Assembly (NCBI GenBank): GCA_023379025.1
Contig: JAMCTH010000012.1
Location: 1-55,501, forward strand
Source of the DNA: Patescibacteria group bacterium
GTDB lineage: Bacteria; Patescibacteriota; Microgenomatia; UBA10105; UBA927
Length of the DNA stretch: 55,501 nt
Direction: 5' to 3'
Shown here: positions 9,712 through 19,006 of the stretch, in pieces
Layout: each line of letters starts with the position of its first letter
How positions within the stretch are numbered: the first letter of the stretch is position 1
Position numbers and translations under genes: made by a program
The notes under the pieces: model-generated
Told to the model about the DNA's origin: nothing
What the model saw: only the letters and a program-made list of their open reading frames with translations
Database searches by the model: none

Positions 9712-10991
9712 CCGACACTGGACCCGCCATCGCCGGCGTCTTCGCTCATGAAATTCTGGACTCCCGCGCCAATCCGACGGTCGAGACGCTCGTGACGCTG
9801 ACCGACGGATACTGGGGTCTGTCTTCCGTACCCGCAGGCGCCTCGGTCAGCAAATACGAAGCAGTCGAACTCAGGGATGGCGACGACAAACGGTACAAAG
9901 GCATGGGTGTCCTGAAAGCCGTTGCCAACGTAAATACGGTCATCGCGCCCAAACTCCGCGGCATGAGCCCGTTTGACCAGTGGCATATCGACGATGTCCT
10001 GCGGGAGCTCGACGGTACGCCGAATCTTTCAAAACTCGGTGCCAATGCCGTCCTCAGTGTTTCGCTCGCGGTCGCGGTCACCGCCGCAAACGTTTCCCGC
10101 GTTCCTCTATACCGGTATCTCAATAAACTCTTTTCCGGTCTCGTGCCGACGGAGATCAAGCGTATTCCGGCACCGGTCATGAATATCATAAACGGCGGCA
10201 AACACGGGGCCGGCAACCTCAATTTTCAGGAATTTCATGTCATCCCCGCGACAAACAAAAGCTACTCGGAGGCGCTCCGTCTCGGTGTCGAGGTATACCA
10301 GCAGGTAAAGGAAATACTTATCTACAGAAATGCCATTCATTCGGTCGGCGACGAAGGCGGATTTGCCCCGAACCTCTATACGAACGCAGACGCTATAGAA
10401 ATCCTTCTTGAGGCGATCAGAACGGCTTCCTACCACTACGGGGTCGATGTCTTTATCGGTCTTGACCTTGCCGCAAGCGTTTTTAAGACGCCCGGCGGGT
10501 ATAAGATTATTGATAAGCCGTCCGAACTCCCCGAGAAAGCGTTCATCGATTTTTTGAAAGACCTCCACAAGAAATACCATTTCCTTCTCCTCGAAGATGC
10601 CCTGGACCAGGATGACTGGGACGGATGGAAAGAGCTCACCCAGTCCTTCGGCGCGGAAACGCTTATCGTCGGCGATGATTTTTTGGCGACCAATGAGGAG
10701 CGTCTGACGCGTGCGGTACGGGAAAAAGCCTGTACTGCCATACTCCTCAAGCCCAACCAGATCGGTACGCTTTCCTCCTACTTCAAGGTTGTCGCTCTTG
10801 CGAAAAAAAATAATATCCATTGTATCGTTTCCCACAGAAGCGGGGAGACCAATGACAGTTTTATCGCGGACCTGGGCGTTGCCGTTCAGTCCGAATACGT
10901 GAAATTCGGCGCCCCTGCCCGCGGGGAACGCGTCGCAAAGTACAACCGTCTTCTCCAGATAGAAACGGATCTTATTGCGGGGAAACGGTAA
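9708..10991 (+). CDS. eno: enolase
   Basis: EILDSR, GDEGGFAP, VSHRSGET, ERVAKYNRLL. Confidence 0.97.
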   Translation: MTDTGPAIAGVFAHEILDSRANPTVETLVTLTDGYWGLSSVPAGASVSKYEAVELRDGDDKRYKGMGVLKAVANVNTVIAPKLRGMSPFDQWHIDDVLRELDGTPNLSKLGANAVLSVSLAVAVTAANVSRVPLYRYLNKLFSGLVPTEIKRIPAPVMNIINGGKHGAGNLNFQEFHVIPATNKSYSEALRLGVEVYQQVKEILIYRNAIHSVGDEGGFAPNLYTNADAIEILLEAIRTASYHYGVDVFIGLDLAASVFKTPGGYKIIDKPSELPEKAFIDFLKDLHKKYHFLLLEDALDQDDWDGWKELTQSFGAETLIVGDDFLATNEERLTRAVREKACTAILLKPNQIGTLSSYFKVVALAKKNNIHCIVSHRSGETNDSFIADLGVAVQSEYVKFGAPARGERVAKYNRLLQIETDLIAGKR

Positions 10992-11018
10992 CCGTTTCCG
11001 GTGCGGCACACGAATCCT

Positions 11019-12671
11019 ATGACCAAACCCGTGGTACTCATTATTATGGACGGCTGGGGACTTGCGCCTCCGGGGCCCGGGAATGCCATTTCCCTCTCAG
11101 CACTCAAACATATCCCGTCATACTGGCACAGGTATCCGCATACGGAGCTTGCCGCTTCCGGCGAAGCCGTCGGACTGCCCCCGGGAGAAGACGGGAACAC
11201 GGAAACCGGGCATATCAATATCGGTGCCGGACGCGTGGTTTACCAGGATCTGCCGCGGATCAACATGGCGATAGCAGACGGCAACTTTTTCAAAAACGAC
11301 GCGTTCCTCGGCGCCGTACAGTATGTGACGGAGCACCATTCCAATCTTCACCTGCTGGGCCTTGCAACGGATGCGGGCGTTCACGCGAGCCTTGAGCACC
11401 TGTATGCGCTTCTGACCCTCGCCAAACGGCATACTCTGAACGGACGGCTGTTCCTCCATCTGTTTACGGACGGCCGCGATTCCTTTCCCAATGCCGCGCC
11501 CCGTTACCTCCGGGAAATCGAGGCCAGATGCAGGCTCACGGGCATCGGGACGATTGCCACCATTATGGGGCGGTATTATGCTATGGACCGGGATCAGCGC
11601 TGGGACCGCACCCGGAAAGCCTACGAGGCGCTTACGGAACATGCACCCTATCAAGAAAAGGATGCGGTTGCCGCGGTTGAGGCATCGTATAAACGCGGCC
11701 AGACGGATGAATTCGTCGAGCCGACCATTTTGACGGACGCGGACGGCAAGCCCTACCCGCGCATCGCGGATTCCGATGCCGTGATTTTCTATAACTACCG
11801 GATCGACCGCCCGCGGCAGCTCACGCGTGCGTTTGTCCTGCCGGATTTCGAATCGCACAATAAACCCATTGCGTTTGACCCCTATGCGGTCAAATACTTC
11901 CATAAGCACGTGCCGGATTTGGGTGCCGCTAAAAAACCCTTTGCACGGCACGTCATCCTGAAAAACCTTTTTTTCGTCACCATGACCGAATACGAGCGTG
12001 ACCTTCCCTGCGCGGTCGCATTTCCGCCCAATCCGGTATACATGAATATCGGCCGCGTCATCGCCGACCGCAATCTCCGCCAGCTTCGGGTTGCCGAGAC
12101 GGAAAAGGAACGCTTCGTCACGTATTACTTCAACGGCATGCGGGAAGACCCTTACAGCGGGGAGGAGCGGCTCATCATCCCGTCTCCCTCCGTCGCGACC
12201 TATGACCTCAAGCCGGAAATGTCCGCCGCCGAAACGACCGCGCGGCTTATCGACCGGCTCTCGACGGGCGTCTATGCGTTTGCCGTCATCAATTACGCCA
12301 ATCCTGACATGGTCGGGCACACCGGTAATATCCCCGCAGCCGTCCGTGCCTGTCAGGAAACGGACCGCTGTGTTGGGCTCCTTGTCTCATCGGTGCTCGC
12401 GCGCGGCGGGGCTTGCGTTATAACCGGCGACCATGGTAACGTAGAAGAGATGCTCGGTCCCGGAGGGGAAATGGACACCGAGCATTCTACATTTCCGGTT
12501 CCGTTTCTTTTTATCGCGTCTATGTTTGAAGGATATCCCTACGTTCTTCCCTTCGGTAAGCTTGCAGACATCGCCCCCACGATCCTTTCCTATATGCATA
12601 TCGCCGTTCCCGACGAAATGACCGGACGAAATCTGCTTGCTGATGTTGCCGTGAAAGGAGGCAATGTATGA
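11019..12671 (+). CDS. gpmI: 2,3-bisphosphoglycerate-independent phosphoglycerate mutase
   Basis: LIIMDGWG, GRYYAMDRD, NPDMVGHTG, DHGN motifs. Confidence 0.95.
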   Translation: MTKPVVLIIMDGWGLAPPGPGNAISLSALKHIPSYWHRYPHTELAASGEAVGLPPGEDGNTETGHINIGAGRVVYQDLPRINMAIADGNFFKNDAFLGAVQYVTEHHSNLHLLGLATDAGVHASLEHLYALLTLAKRHTLNGRLFLHLFTDGRDSFPNAAPRYLREIEARCRLTGIGTIATIMGRYYAMDRDQRWDRTRKAYEALTEHAPYQEKDAVAAVEASYKRGQTDEFVEPTILTDADGKPYPRIADSDAVIFYNYRIDRPRQLTRAFVLPDFESHNKPIAFDPYAVKYFHKHVPDLGAAKKPFARHVILKNLFFVTMTEYERDLPCAVAFPPNPVYMNIGRVIADRNLRQLRVAETEKERFVTYYFNGMREDPYSGEERLIIPSPSVATYDLKPEMSAAETTARLIDRLSTGVYAFAVINYANPDMVGHTGNIPAAVRACQETDRCVGLLVSSVLARGGACVITGDHGNVEEMLGPGGEMDTEHSTFPVPFLFIASMFEGYPYVLPFGKLADIAPTILSYMHIAVPDEMTGRNLLADVAVKGGNV

Positions 12672-13777
12672 AAACAACGATCTCTGTCATCAAAGCCGAT
12701 ACCGGAAGTGTCGGCGGGCATAACCGCCCGAGCGAAGCCATGGTCGAAAAAGCCAGGGAACGCGTACGGAAAGGCATAAGCGACGGACTTCTCCTGGACG
12801 GACGGGTGACGTTTACCGGAGATGATATTGCCCTTCTCATGACCCACACCAAAGGTACGGATAGCCCGGATATCCATAAGTTCGCCTGGGATACGTTTGT
12901 CGAAACCACGGCAATTGCCAAGTCAGAGGGGCTCTATGGCGCGGGGCAGGACCTTCTCAAGAATGCCTTTTCCGGTAACGTCCGCGGCATGGGGCCGGGG
13001 TCTGCGGAAATAGCGTTTGAGGAGCGCACGGCCGAGCCGTTTATCGTGTTTGCGGGAGACAAATGCGGTCCGGGCGTCTTTAACTACCCGCTGTTTGAAG
13101 GCTTTGCCAACCCGTACCACAATGCGGGACTCCTGCTTGCACCGGATATGAAAGCAGGCTTTACGTTCCACATCATGGACGTGAACTACACGGAAGCGGA
13201 CCGGGTCATTATGCTGAAAGCCCCGGCAGACTACTACGATATCTGTACGCTGCTCCGGGATCCCAATCATTATGTCATCGAGTCGGTCGTCGAAAACGCG
13301 ACCGGGCTCACCGCAGCAGTTGCATCGACCGCACGGCTTCATAATATCGCCGGCAAATATGTCGGCAAAGACGATCCGGTCGCCATCGTCCGGAGCCAGA
13401 AGCAGTTTCCTTCAACGGGTGAAATCCTTTCCCCGTGGGCGCTTGCGCACTACACGCTCGGGGACAACCGGGGTTCGCACCATGTTGCGGTTATGCCGGT
13501 CAAGCAGAATTCTATCATCTCGTTTTTCGACGGACCGACCATCATCTCAGCCGCAGGATACTGCGTCCACGAGGGGAAACTCACCGATGCGGTCGATCTT
13601 TTCGACCAGCCCTTCTGGGATACGATCCGTACGAAAGCGTCGGAAAAAACGCTCGATATCCGCGCGCAGGGTTTTTACGGTCCTGCCATGGCCGGTATGG
13701 ATGAGCTCGAGTACACCGGAGTCGTTGAAAACCTCAAACGCCTCGATGAGAAGTTTACCCTGAGGGAAAAGAAATAA
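12668..13777 (+). CDS. fbp: fructose-1,6-bisphosphate aldolase/phosphatase (class V FBPase)
   Basis: IKAD.GS.GGH, LYGAGQDLL, GMGPG, YVGKDDPV (Schiff-base Lys), RGSH, ELEYT. Confidence 0.93.
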   Translation: MKTTISVIKADTGSVGGHNRPSEAMVEKARERVRKGISDGLLLDGRVTFTGDDIALLMTHTKGTDSPDIHKFAWDTFVETTAIAKSEGLYGAGQDLLKNAFSGNVRGMGPGSAEIAFEERTAEPFIVFAGDKCGPGVFNYPLFEGFANPYHNAGLLLAPDMKAGFTFHIMDVNYTEADRVIMLKAPADYYDICTLLRDPNHYVIESVVENATGLTAAVASTARLHNIAGKYVGKDDPVAIVRSQKQFPSTGEILSPWALAHYTLGDNRGSHHVAVMPVKQNSIISFFDGPTIISAAGYCVHEGKLTDAVDLFDQPFWDTIRTKASEKTLDIRAQGFYGPAMAGMDELEYTGVVENLKRLDEKFTLREKK

Positions 13778-15508
13778 ATGAAAAGCGACCTGTACCGCAA
13801 AACAAAGAAAGACCTGCCGGTTCCGCCGAATCTCGGGGATTATGAGGAGCTAAGGAAATCCTTCAGCTGGAAAACTGCGGAAAAGGAACTTGCCTGGTTC
13901 GAAGGGAAGATCAATGCCGCGTACAACGCCGTCGACCGTCACGTTGAGACATGGAGGAAGAACAAAGTCGCGCTTTACTGGGAAGATGAGGAGGGCCGCA
14001 AACAACAGTATACGTTCGAGGAGCTGGCCCGGCGTTCCAATCAGTTCGGCAATTACCTCAAAGACCTGGGTGTTGCTCGCGGAGACCGCGTGTTTCTGTT
14101 TCTGCCGCGTATTCCGGAACTCTATATTGCATTCCTCGGCATCCTCAAAATCGGCGCCATAGCGGGTACGCTTTTCAGTGCGTTCCAGGAACAGGCACTT
14201 TCCGACCGCCTCGGCAACAGCGGCGCTTCGGTTGTCGTGACGCACTCGTCACTCCTCCCGCGGATAGAAAAAGTTCGTCATAAACTGCCGGAGCTCCATC
14301 ATGTCCTGGTCGTTGACCACGAAGCGTTCGCGAAAGAGCTCTCCAAAAAAGACGAAGAGCTTCATATTGTCCATATGGACCCCGGCGACTATGCGTTTAT
14401 GCTCTATACCTCAGGGACCACGGGCAAACCCAAGGGCGTCATGCATACGCACCGCGCGGTCGTACAGGAATATGAGACGGCTCGATGGGTCCTTGATCTT
14501 CGGGATGAGGATACCTACTGGTGTACCGCCGACCCCGGGTGGGTCACCGGCATCGCGTATGAGATACTGGGGAGCTGGACTGCCGGGGTGTCGGCGCTCG
14601 TCTATGCGGGCCGGTTTGACCCGAAGCGCTGGTACAAACTCCTTGAGGACTATAAGATCAGCGTCTGGTACACGGCGCCGACGGCGGTGCGCATGCTTAT
14701 GGCGGCAGGAGGGGCTCTCGTCCGCGGGTATGACCTTTCGCACCTTCGTCATATGTGCTCAGTCGGTGAACCGCTCAACCCGGAGGCGATTGTCTGGGCA
14801 GTCCGGACCTTCGGCAGGCCGTTCCATGATACCTGGTGGCAGACGGAAACCGGCGCCATCTGTATCGCAAACTATCCTGCGATGGATATTAAAATCGGCT
14901 CCATGGGCAAACCTATCCCCGGGCTTGATGCGGCAATTGTCGATGACAGCGGCCATGTACTGCCGCCGGGCACCGAGGGCAACATCGCGCTCAAACCCGG
15001 TTGGCCCTCCATGATGAAGACGATCTGGAAACGGCCGCATAAATACGAAAGCTATTTTTCCGGCGGGTATTACATAAGCGGCGACCGCGGTCTTATGGAC
15101 CGGGACGGCTACTTCTGGTTTATCGGAAGGGCGGACGACGTCATCAAGACATCCGGAGAGCGTGTCGGACCGTTTGAGGTCGAATCCGCGCTTGTTGCCC
15201 ATCCGGCGGTTATCGAGGCCGGCGTCATCGGCAAACCCGATTCCCTGCGGGGGGAGATCATCAAAGCATTCGTCGTTCTTACGAAGGAAGAAAGCGATAA
15301 GGTAAAAGTGAAAGCCTATGCGGAAAAACTTAAGGAGGAGCTTGCAAGTCATGTAAAGAAACATCTTGCCGGCCATGCCTACCCGCGGGAAATAGAATTT
15401 ATCGACAAACTCCCCAAAACCCGCTCAGGCAAAATCATGCGCCGCATTCTCAAAGCCCGGGAAATGGGACTTCCGATCGGCGATACGAGCACCTTAGAAG
15501 AATACTGA
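13778..15508 (+). CDS. acsA: acetate--CoA ligase (AMP-forming)
   Basis: YTSGTTGKPKG, DTWWQTETG, LPKTRSGKIMRR, GDTSTLE. Confidence 0.93.
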   Translation: MKSDLYRKTKKDLPVPPNLGDYEELRKSFSWKTAEKELAWFEGKINAAYNAVDRHVETWRKNKVALYWEDEEGRKQQYTFEELARRSNQFGNYLKDLGVARGDRVFLFLPRIPELYIAFLGILKIGAIAGTLFSAFQEQALSDRLGNSGASVVVTHSSLLPRIEKVRHKLPELHHVLVVDHEAFAKELSKKDEELHIVHMDPGDYAFMLYTSGTTGKPKGVMHTHRAVVQEYETARWVLDLRDEDTYWCTADPGWVTGIAYEILGSWTAGVSALVYAGRFDPKRWYKLLEDYKISVWYTAPTAVRMLMAAGGALVRGYDLSHLRHMCSVGEPLNPEAIVWAVRTFGRPFHDTWWQTETGAICIANYPAMDIKIGSMGKPIPGLDAAIVDDSGHVLPPGTEGNIALKPGWPSMMKTIWKRPHKYESYFSGGYYISGDRGLMDRDGYFWFIGRADDVIKTSGERVGPFEVESALVAHPAVIEAGVIGKPDSLRGEIIKAFVVLTKEESDKVKVKAYAEKLKEELASHVKKHLAGHAYPREIEFIDKLPKTRSGKIMRRILKAREMGLPIGDTSTLEEY

Positions 15509-15555
15509 TGCAACAGCTACTGGCTTCTTAGTGAAATCTCCGGTAAAATAAACCA

Positions 15556-16185
15556 ATGCTGGAAGTTATTGGCGGCGCTATCGTCCATTTCATATCGTCC
15601 TTGGGGTATGTCGGCATTTTTCTCCTCATGACCCTTGAGTCGGCACTTATCCCCATCCCTTCCGAAGTTACCATGCCGTTTTCCGGGTCACTCGTCGCCC
15701 TCGGCCGGTTTAACTTCTGGCTGGTTGTTGCGGCGGGCGCTTTCGGAAACCTGTTCGGATCGCTTCTGGCCTACTGGCTGGGCTATTGGGGGCAGGAAAC
15801 GGTTGTCCGGAAAGTCATCGTCCGCTACGGCAAGTATCTTCTTCTCAGCGAACGTGAGTATGACCAGTCGGAACGCTGGTTCAGGAAACACGGGGAAATC
15901 ATTGTCTTTGTGTCGAGGATCCTGCCGGTCGCCAGAACCTTCATATCCCTTCCGGCAGGAGTTGCCGAAATGAAAATGTCCAAATTCGTCGTCTATACGC
16001 TTATCGGATCGATTCTCTGGTCCATCCTTCTCACCTCTATCGGCGTTGTCCTCGGAAGCAACTGGAAGTCCCTTCAGGTGTATTTCCACAAGTTCGATGC
16101 GGGTATCGTAATCGCCGGCATTTTGTTTCTGGTCTGGTACGTCCGCCGTAAGCTAAAGCACCTCAAACAACCCGCTACAGAGTGA
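15556..16185 (+). CDS. DedA family membrane protein
   Basis: LES..IPIPSE, R..P..RTFIS.PAG motifs. Confidence 0.92.
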   Translation: MLEVIGGAIVHFISSLGYVGIFLLMTLESALIPIPSEVTMPFSGSLVALGRFNFWLVVAAGAFGNLFGSLLAYWLGYWGQETVVRKVIVRYGKYLLLSEREYDQSERWFRKHGEIIVFVSRILPVARTFISLPAGVAEMKMSKFVVYTLIGSILWSILLTSIGVVLGSNWKSLQVYFHKFDAGIVIAGILFLVWYVRRKLKHLKQPATE

Positions 16186-16200
16186 GTATGTCCTCAAGCT

Positions 16201-16827
16201 TCAGGAAGAAAATTTGCGGATAAGCCCGACGACTTTTCCCTGTATTTTTACGTGCGTTGCAAAAATAGGGGACATGGTTGCATTGGCCGGCATGAGTTTA
16301 ATCCGGTCTTTTTCGAAATAGATGCGTTTCAACGTCGCAAAGCCGTTGGGGAGGAGTGCCACGACGATATCGCCGTTTTTGGCTTCCTGCTGGTGCTGTA
16401 CGACCACAAAATCGCCGTCCAGGATGCCGTCATCGATCATCGACGTTCCCTTGACCTGGAGGACATAGGCGGCTTTGGAAGACGCCACCATACCTGGCGC
16501 CACCGATAGGTAGTAGTTGGGATCGGTATACGGCTCAAGCGGCGCTCCGGCTGCGATAAAGCCGAGGACGGGAAGCTCGACGGACGCTTCGGAAGCGCCG
16601 TAGCGGAATTTTTCCGTCACGATCTCGAGTCCCCTCGCGGTACCGTCCAGTTTGCGGATAAAGCCTTTCAGCCGGAGGCGGTCAATATGCTCGTGGACGG
16701 TTGCGGGTGAGGATATGCCCATGGACGTGCCGATCTCCTTGAGGGTGGGCGCATATCCATACCGCTGGATAAACTGGGCGATAAAGTCAAGAAGCTGTCG
16801 TTCGCGGGGGTACAAAGTTACCGGCAT
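16201..16827 (-). CDS. lexA: LexA SOS repressor
   Basis: GYAPTLKEI winged HTH, IAAG cleavage site, V.GTSM and TLKR catalytic Ser/Lys. Confidence 0.95.
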   Translation of the reverse strand: MPVTLYPRERQLLDFIAQFIQRYGYAPTLKEIGTSMGISSPATVHEHIDRLRLKGFIRKLDGTARGLEIVTEKFRYGASEASVELPVLGFIAAGAPLEPYTDPNYYLSVAPGMVASSKAAYVLQVKGTSMIDDGILDGDFVVVQHQQEAKNGDIVVALLPNGFATLKRIYFEKDRIKLMPANATMSPIFATHVKIQGKVVGLIRKFSS

Positions 16828-16859
16828 ATGGTGTATAACGGAATTGTATAGTGGTTATA

Positions 16860-16875
16860 CCGAAGAAAAACCGAA
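16860..16875 (-). promoter_or_regulatory. candidate LexA operator, direct repeat TTCGG-N6-TTCGG in the spacer of the lexA promoter
   Basis: minus-strand TTGACA (16882-16877)-17bp-TATAAC (16859-16854) brackets the repeat exactly. Confidence 0.7.
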
Positions 16876-16930
16876 CTGTCAACTGCTTCACACGCATATA
16901 TACCGGATCAATTTCGTACGCTACCCGAAT

Positions 16931-18955
16931 ATGAACCGCTTTACGCTCAATGCCCCGTTTCAGCCGGCCGGCGACCAGCCGGAGGCTATTGCCCGGCTGT
17001 TGGCAAATATCAGTAAAGGCATGGAGGAACAGGTCCTTCTTGGTGTTACCGGAAGCGGGAAGACGTACACCATGGCTGAGGTCATTGCTGCGCTCAACCG
17101 TCCGACGCTTATCATTTCGCACAACAAAACGCTTGCCGCACAGCTGTACCAGGAATTCCGCGACTTTTTCCCGAAAAACGCCGTATCGTATTTCGTCTCC
17201 TATTACGATTATTACCAGCCGGAAGCGTACATCCCGCAGTCGGATACCTATATAGAAAAGGAAACCGAAATCAACGAGGAAATAGATAAACTCCGCCTTG
17301 CGGCGACTACGAACCTTCTCACGCGGCCCGACACCATCGTTGTTGCGTCCGTATCCTGTATCTACAACATCGGCTCTCCCAAGGAATACGGACATTTCGT
17401 CCTGGAACTTAAACCCGGCATGAAGGTTGACCGTACATCGGTATTCAAGCGGCTCGTCGATCTCCAGTACGAACGCACGGAGTACGGCTTTACGCGCGGG
17501 ACGTTCCGCGTCCGCGGGGAAACCGTGGATCTTTTCCCGGCATACGAAGATAGCGCACTACGGCTGACTCTCAACGGAGAGTACCTCCGGTCAATAGAAC
17601 GGATGGACCCCTTGACCGGGAATCGGATCGATATTCTTCCCGCCACCGTCATCTACCCGGCCAAGCACTACATGACCGACCCCAAAACGTATACGGACGT
17701 CTTTGCCCTGATCCGGTCCGATCTTGAGGCTTCGGTCCGCCGTTTTCAGGAAAACGGCAAATACATCGAAGCGCAGCGGATCGGGGAACGCGTTAATTTT
17801 GATCTTGAGATGATCCGCGAGATGGGCTATGTCAACGGCATCGAAAACTACTCCCGCTACTTTGACGGCCGTACCCCCGGAGATCCGCCGTATACGCTTC
17901 TCGACTATTTTTCCGAAGCTGCCGGCAGGGACTGGCTTCTGTTTATCGATGAGTCGCACATGACGGTTCCGCAGATCCGCGGCATGTACAACGGAGACCG
18001 CGCAAGGAAACAGACGCTCATAGACTATGGTTTCCGGCTTCCGGCGGCTCTTGATAACCGGCCGCTCCGGTTTGAGGAGTTTCTCCGGAGGATCCCACAG
18101 ACGGTCTACGTATCAGCAACCCCGGACGAGTGGGAAATAGGGAGGGCCAGGGAGTCCGCCTCCCGGATATCCCCGGACGGCGGGGGCGGCGGCATCACGG
18201 AGCAGCTCGTCCGGCCCACGGGGCTTCTTGATCCTATCGTGGAGCTTCGGCCGTCAAAGGGGCAGATCGACGATCTTACGGCGGAAATTGAAACGCACGC
18301 CGGCAGGCACGAACGCGTGCTGGTTACGACGCTCACGAAGCGCATGGCAGAGGATCTCGCTGCATATCTTGAAGAAAAAGGCATACGGGTGCACTACCTT
18401 CATTCGGATGTCGAGACGCTTATGCGTACGGATATTCTCGCGGACCTGCGAAGCGGCACCTATGACGTTATCGTGGGGATCAATCTTCTCCGGGAAGGCC
18501 TCGATCTTCCCGAGGTGTCACTCGTCGCCATCCTCGACGCGGATAAGGAAGGGTTCCTCAGGAGTAGAACCAGCCTTATCCAGACCATGGGCCGTGCGGC
18601 GCGCCACAGGAACGGCAGGGTCATCATGTATGCAGATCACGTCACGCGGTCCATGCAGGATGCTATCGATGAGGGAAAACGCAGGCGTCTCGTACAGGAA
18701 ACGTTCAACAGGGAACACGGACTCGAGCCGCACTCGATCGTCAAACCGATTCGGAAAAAGCTCGTCGAGTACGAAACAAAAGAACAGGAGGATATCGGTC
18801 ATATGCTTTCCGAGCCCGGAGCCGTCGAGACGCTTACGCCCGGAGACCGCAAACAGCGCGCTGCCGAACTCACCCGGGCCATGAGACGGGCGGCACGGGA
18901 CCTGGATTTTGAATCCGCCGCAAGGCTCCGGGACTTGATCGAGACACTCCGCTGA
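16931..18955 (+). CDS. uvrB: excinuclease ABC subunit B
   Basis: GVTGSGKT, YYDYYQPEAY, DESH, GRAAR, C-terminal UVR domain; start moved to MNRF. Confidence 0.97.
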   Translation: MNRFTLNAPFQPAGDQPEAIARLLANISKGMEEQVLLGVTGSGKTYTMAEVIAALNRPTLIISHNKTLAAQLYQEFRDFFPKNAVSYFVSYYDYYQPEAYIPQSDTYIEKETEINEEIDKLRLAATTNLLTRPDTIVVASVSCIYNIGSPKEYGHFVLELKPGMKVDRTSVFKRLVDLQYERTEYGFTRGTFRVRGETVDLFPAYEDSALRLTLNGEYLRSIERMDPLTGNRIDILPATVIYPAKHYMTDPKTYTDVFALIRSDLEASVRRFQENGKYIEAQRIGERVNFDLEMIREMGYVNGIENYSRYFDGRTPGDPPYTLLDYFSEAAGRDWLLFIDESHMTVPQIRGMYNGDRARKQTLIDYGFRLPAALDNRPLRFEEFLRRIPQTVYVSATPDEWEIGRARESASRISPDGGGGGITEQLVRPTGLLDPIVELRPSKGQIDDLTAEIETHAGRHERVLVTTLTKRMAEDLAAYLEEKGIRVHYLHSDVETLMRTDILADLRSGTYDVIVGINLLREGLDLPEVSLVAILDADKEGFLRSRTSLIQTMGRAARHRNGRVIMYADHVTRSMQDAIDEGKRRRLVQETFNREHGLEPHSIVKPIRKKLVEYETKEQEDIGHMLSEPGAVETLTPGDRKQRAAELTRAMRRAARDLDFESAARLRDLIETLR

Positions 18956-19006
18956 TCGTATACTTGGAAACTGCCGCGGGGCAATCCGCGGTCATTTGAC
19001 GTTCAT

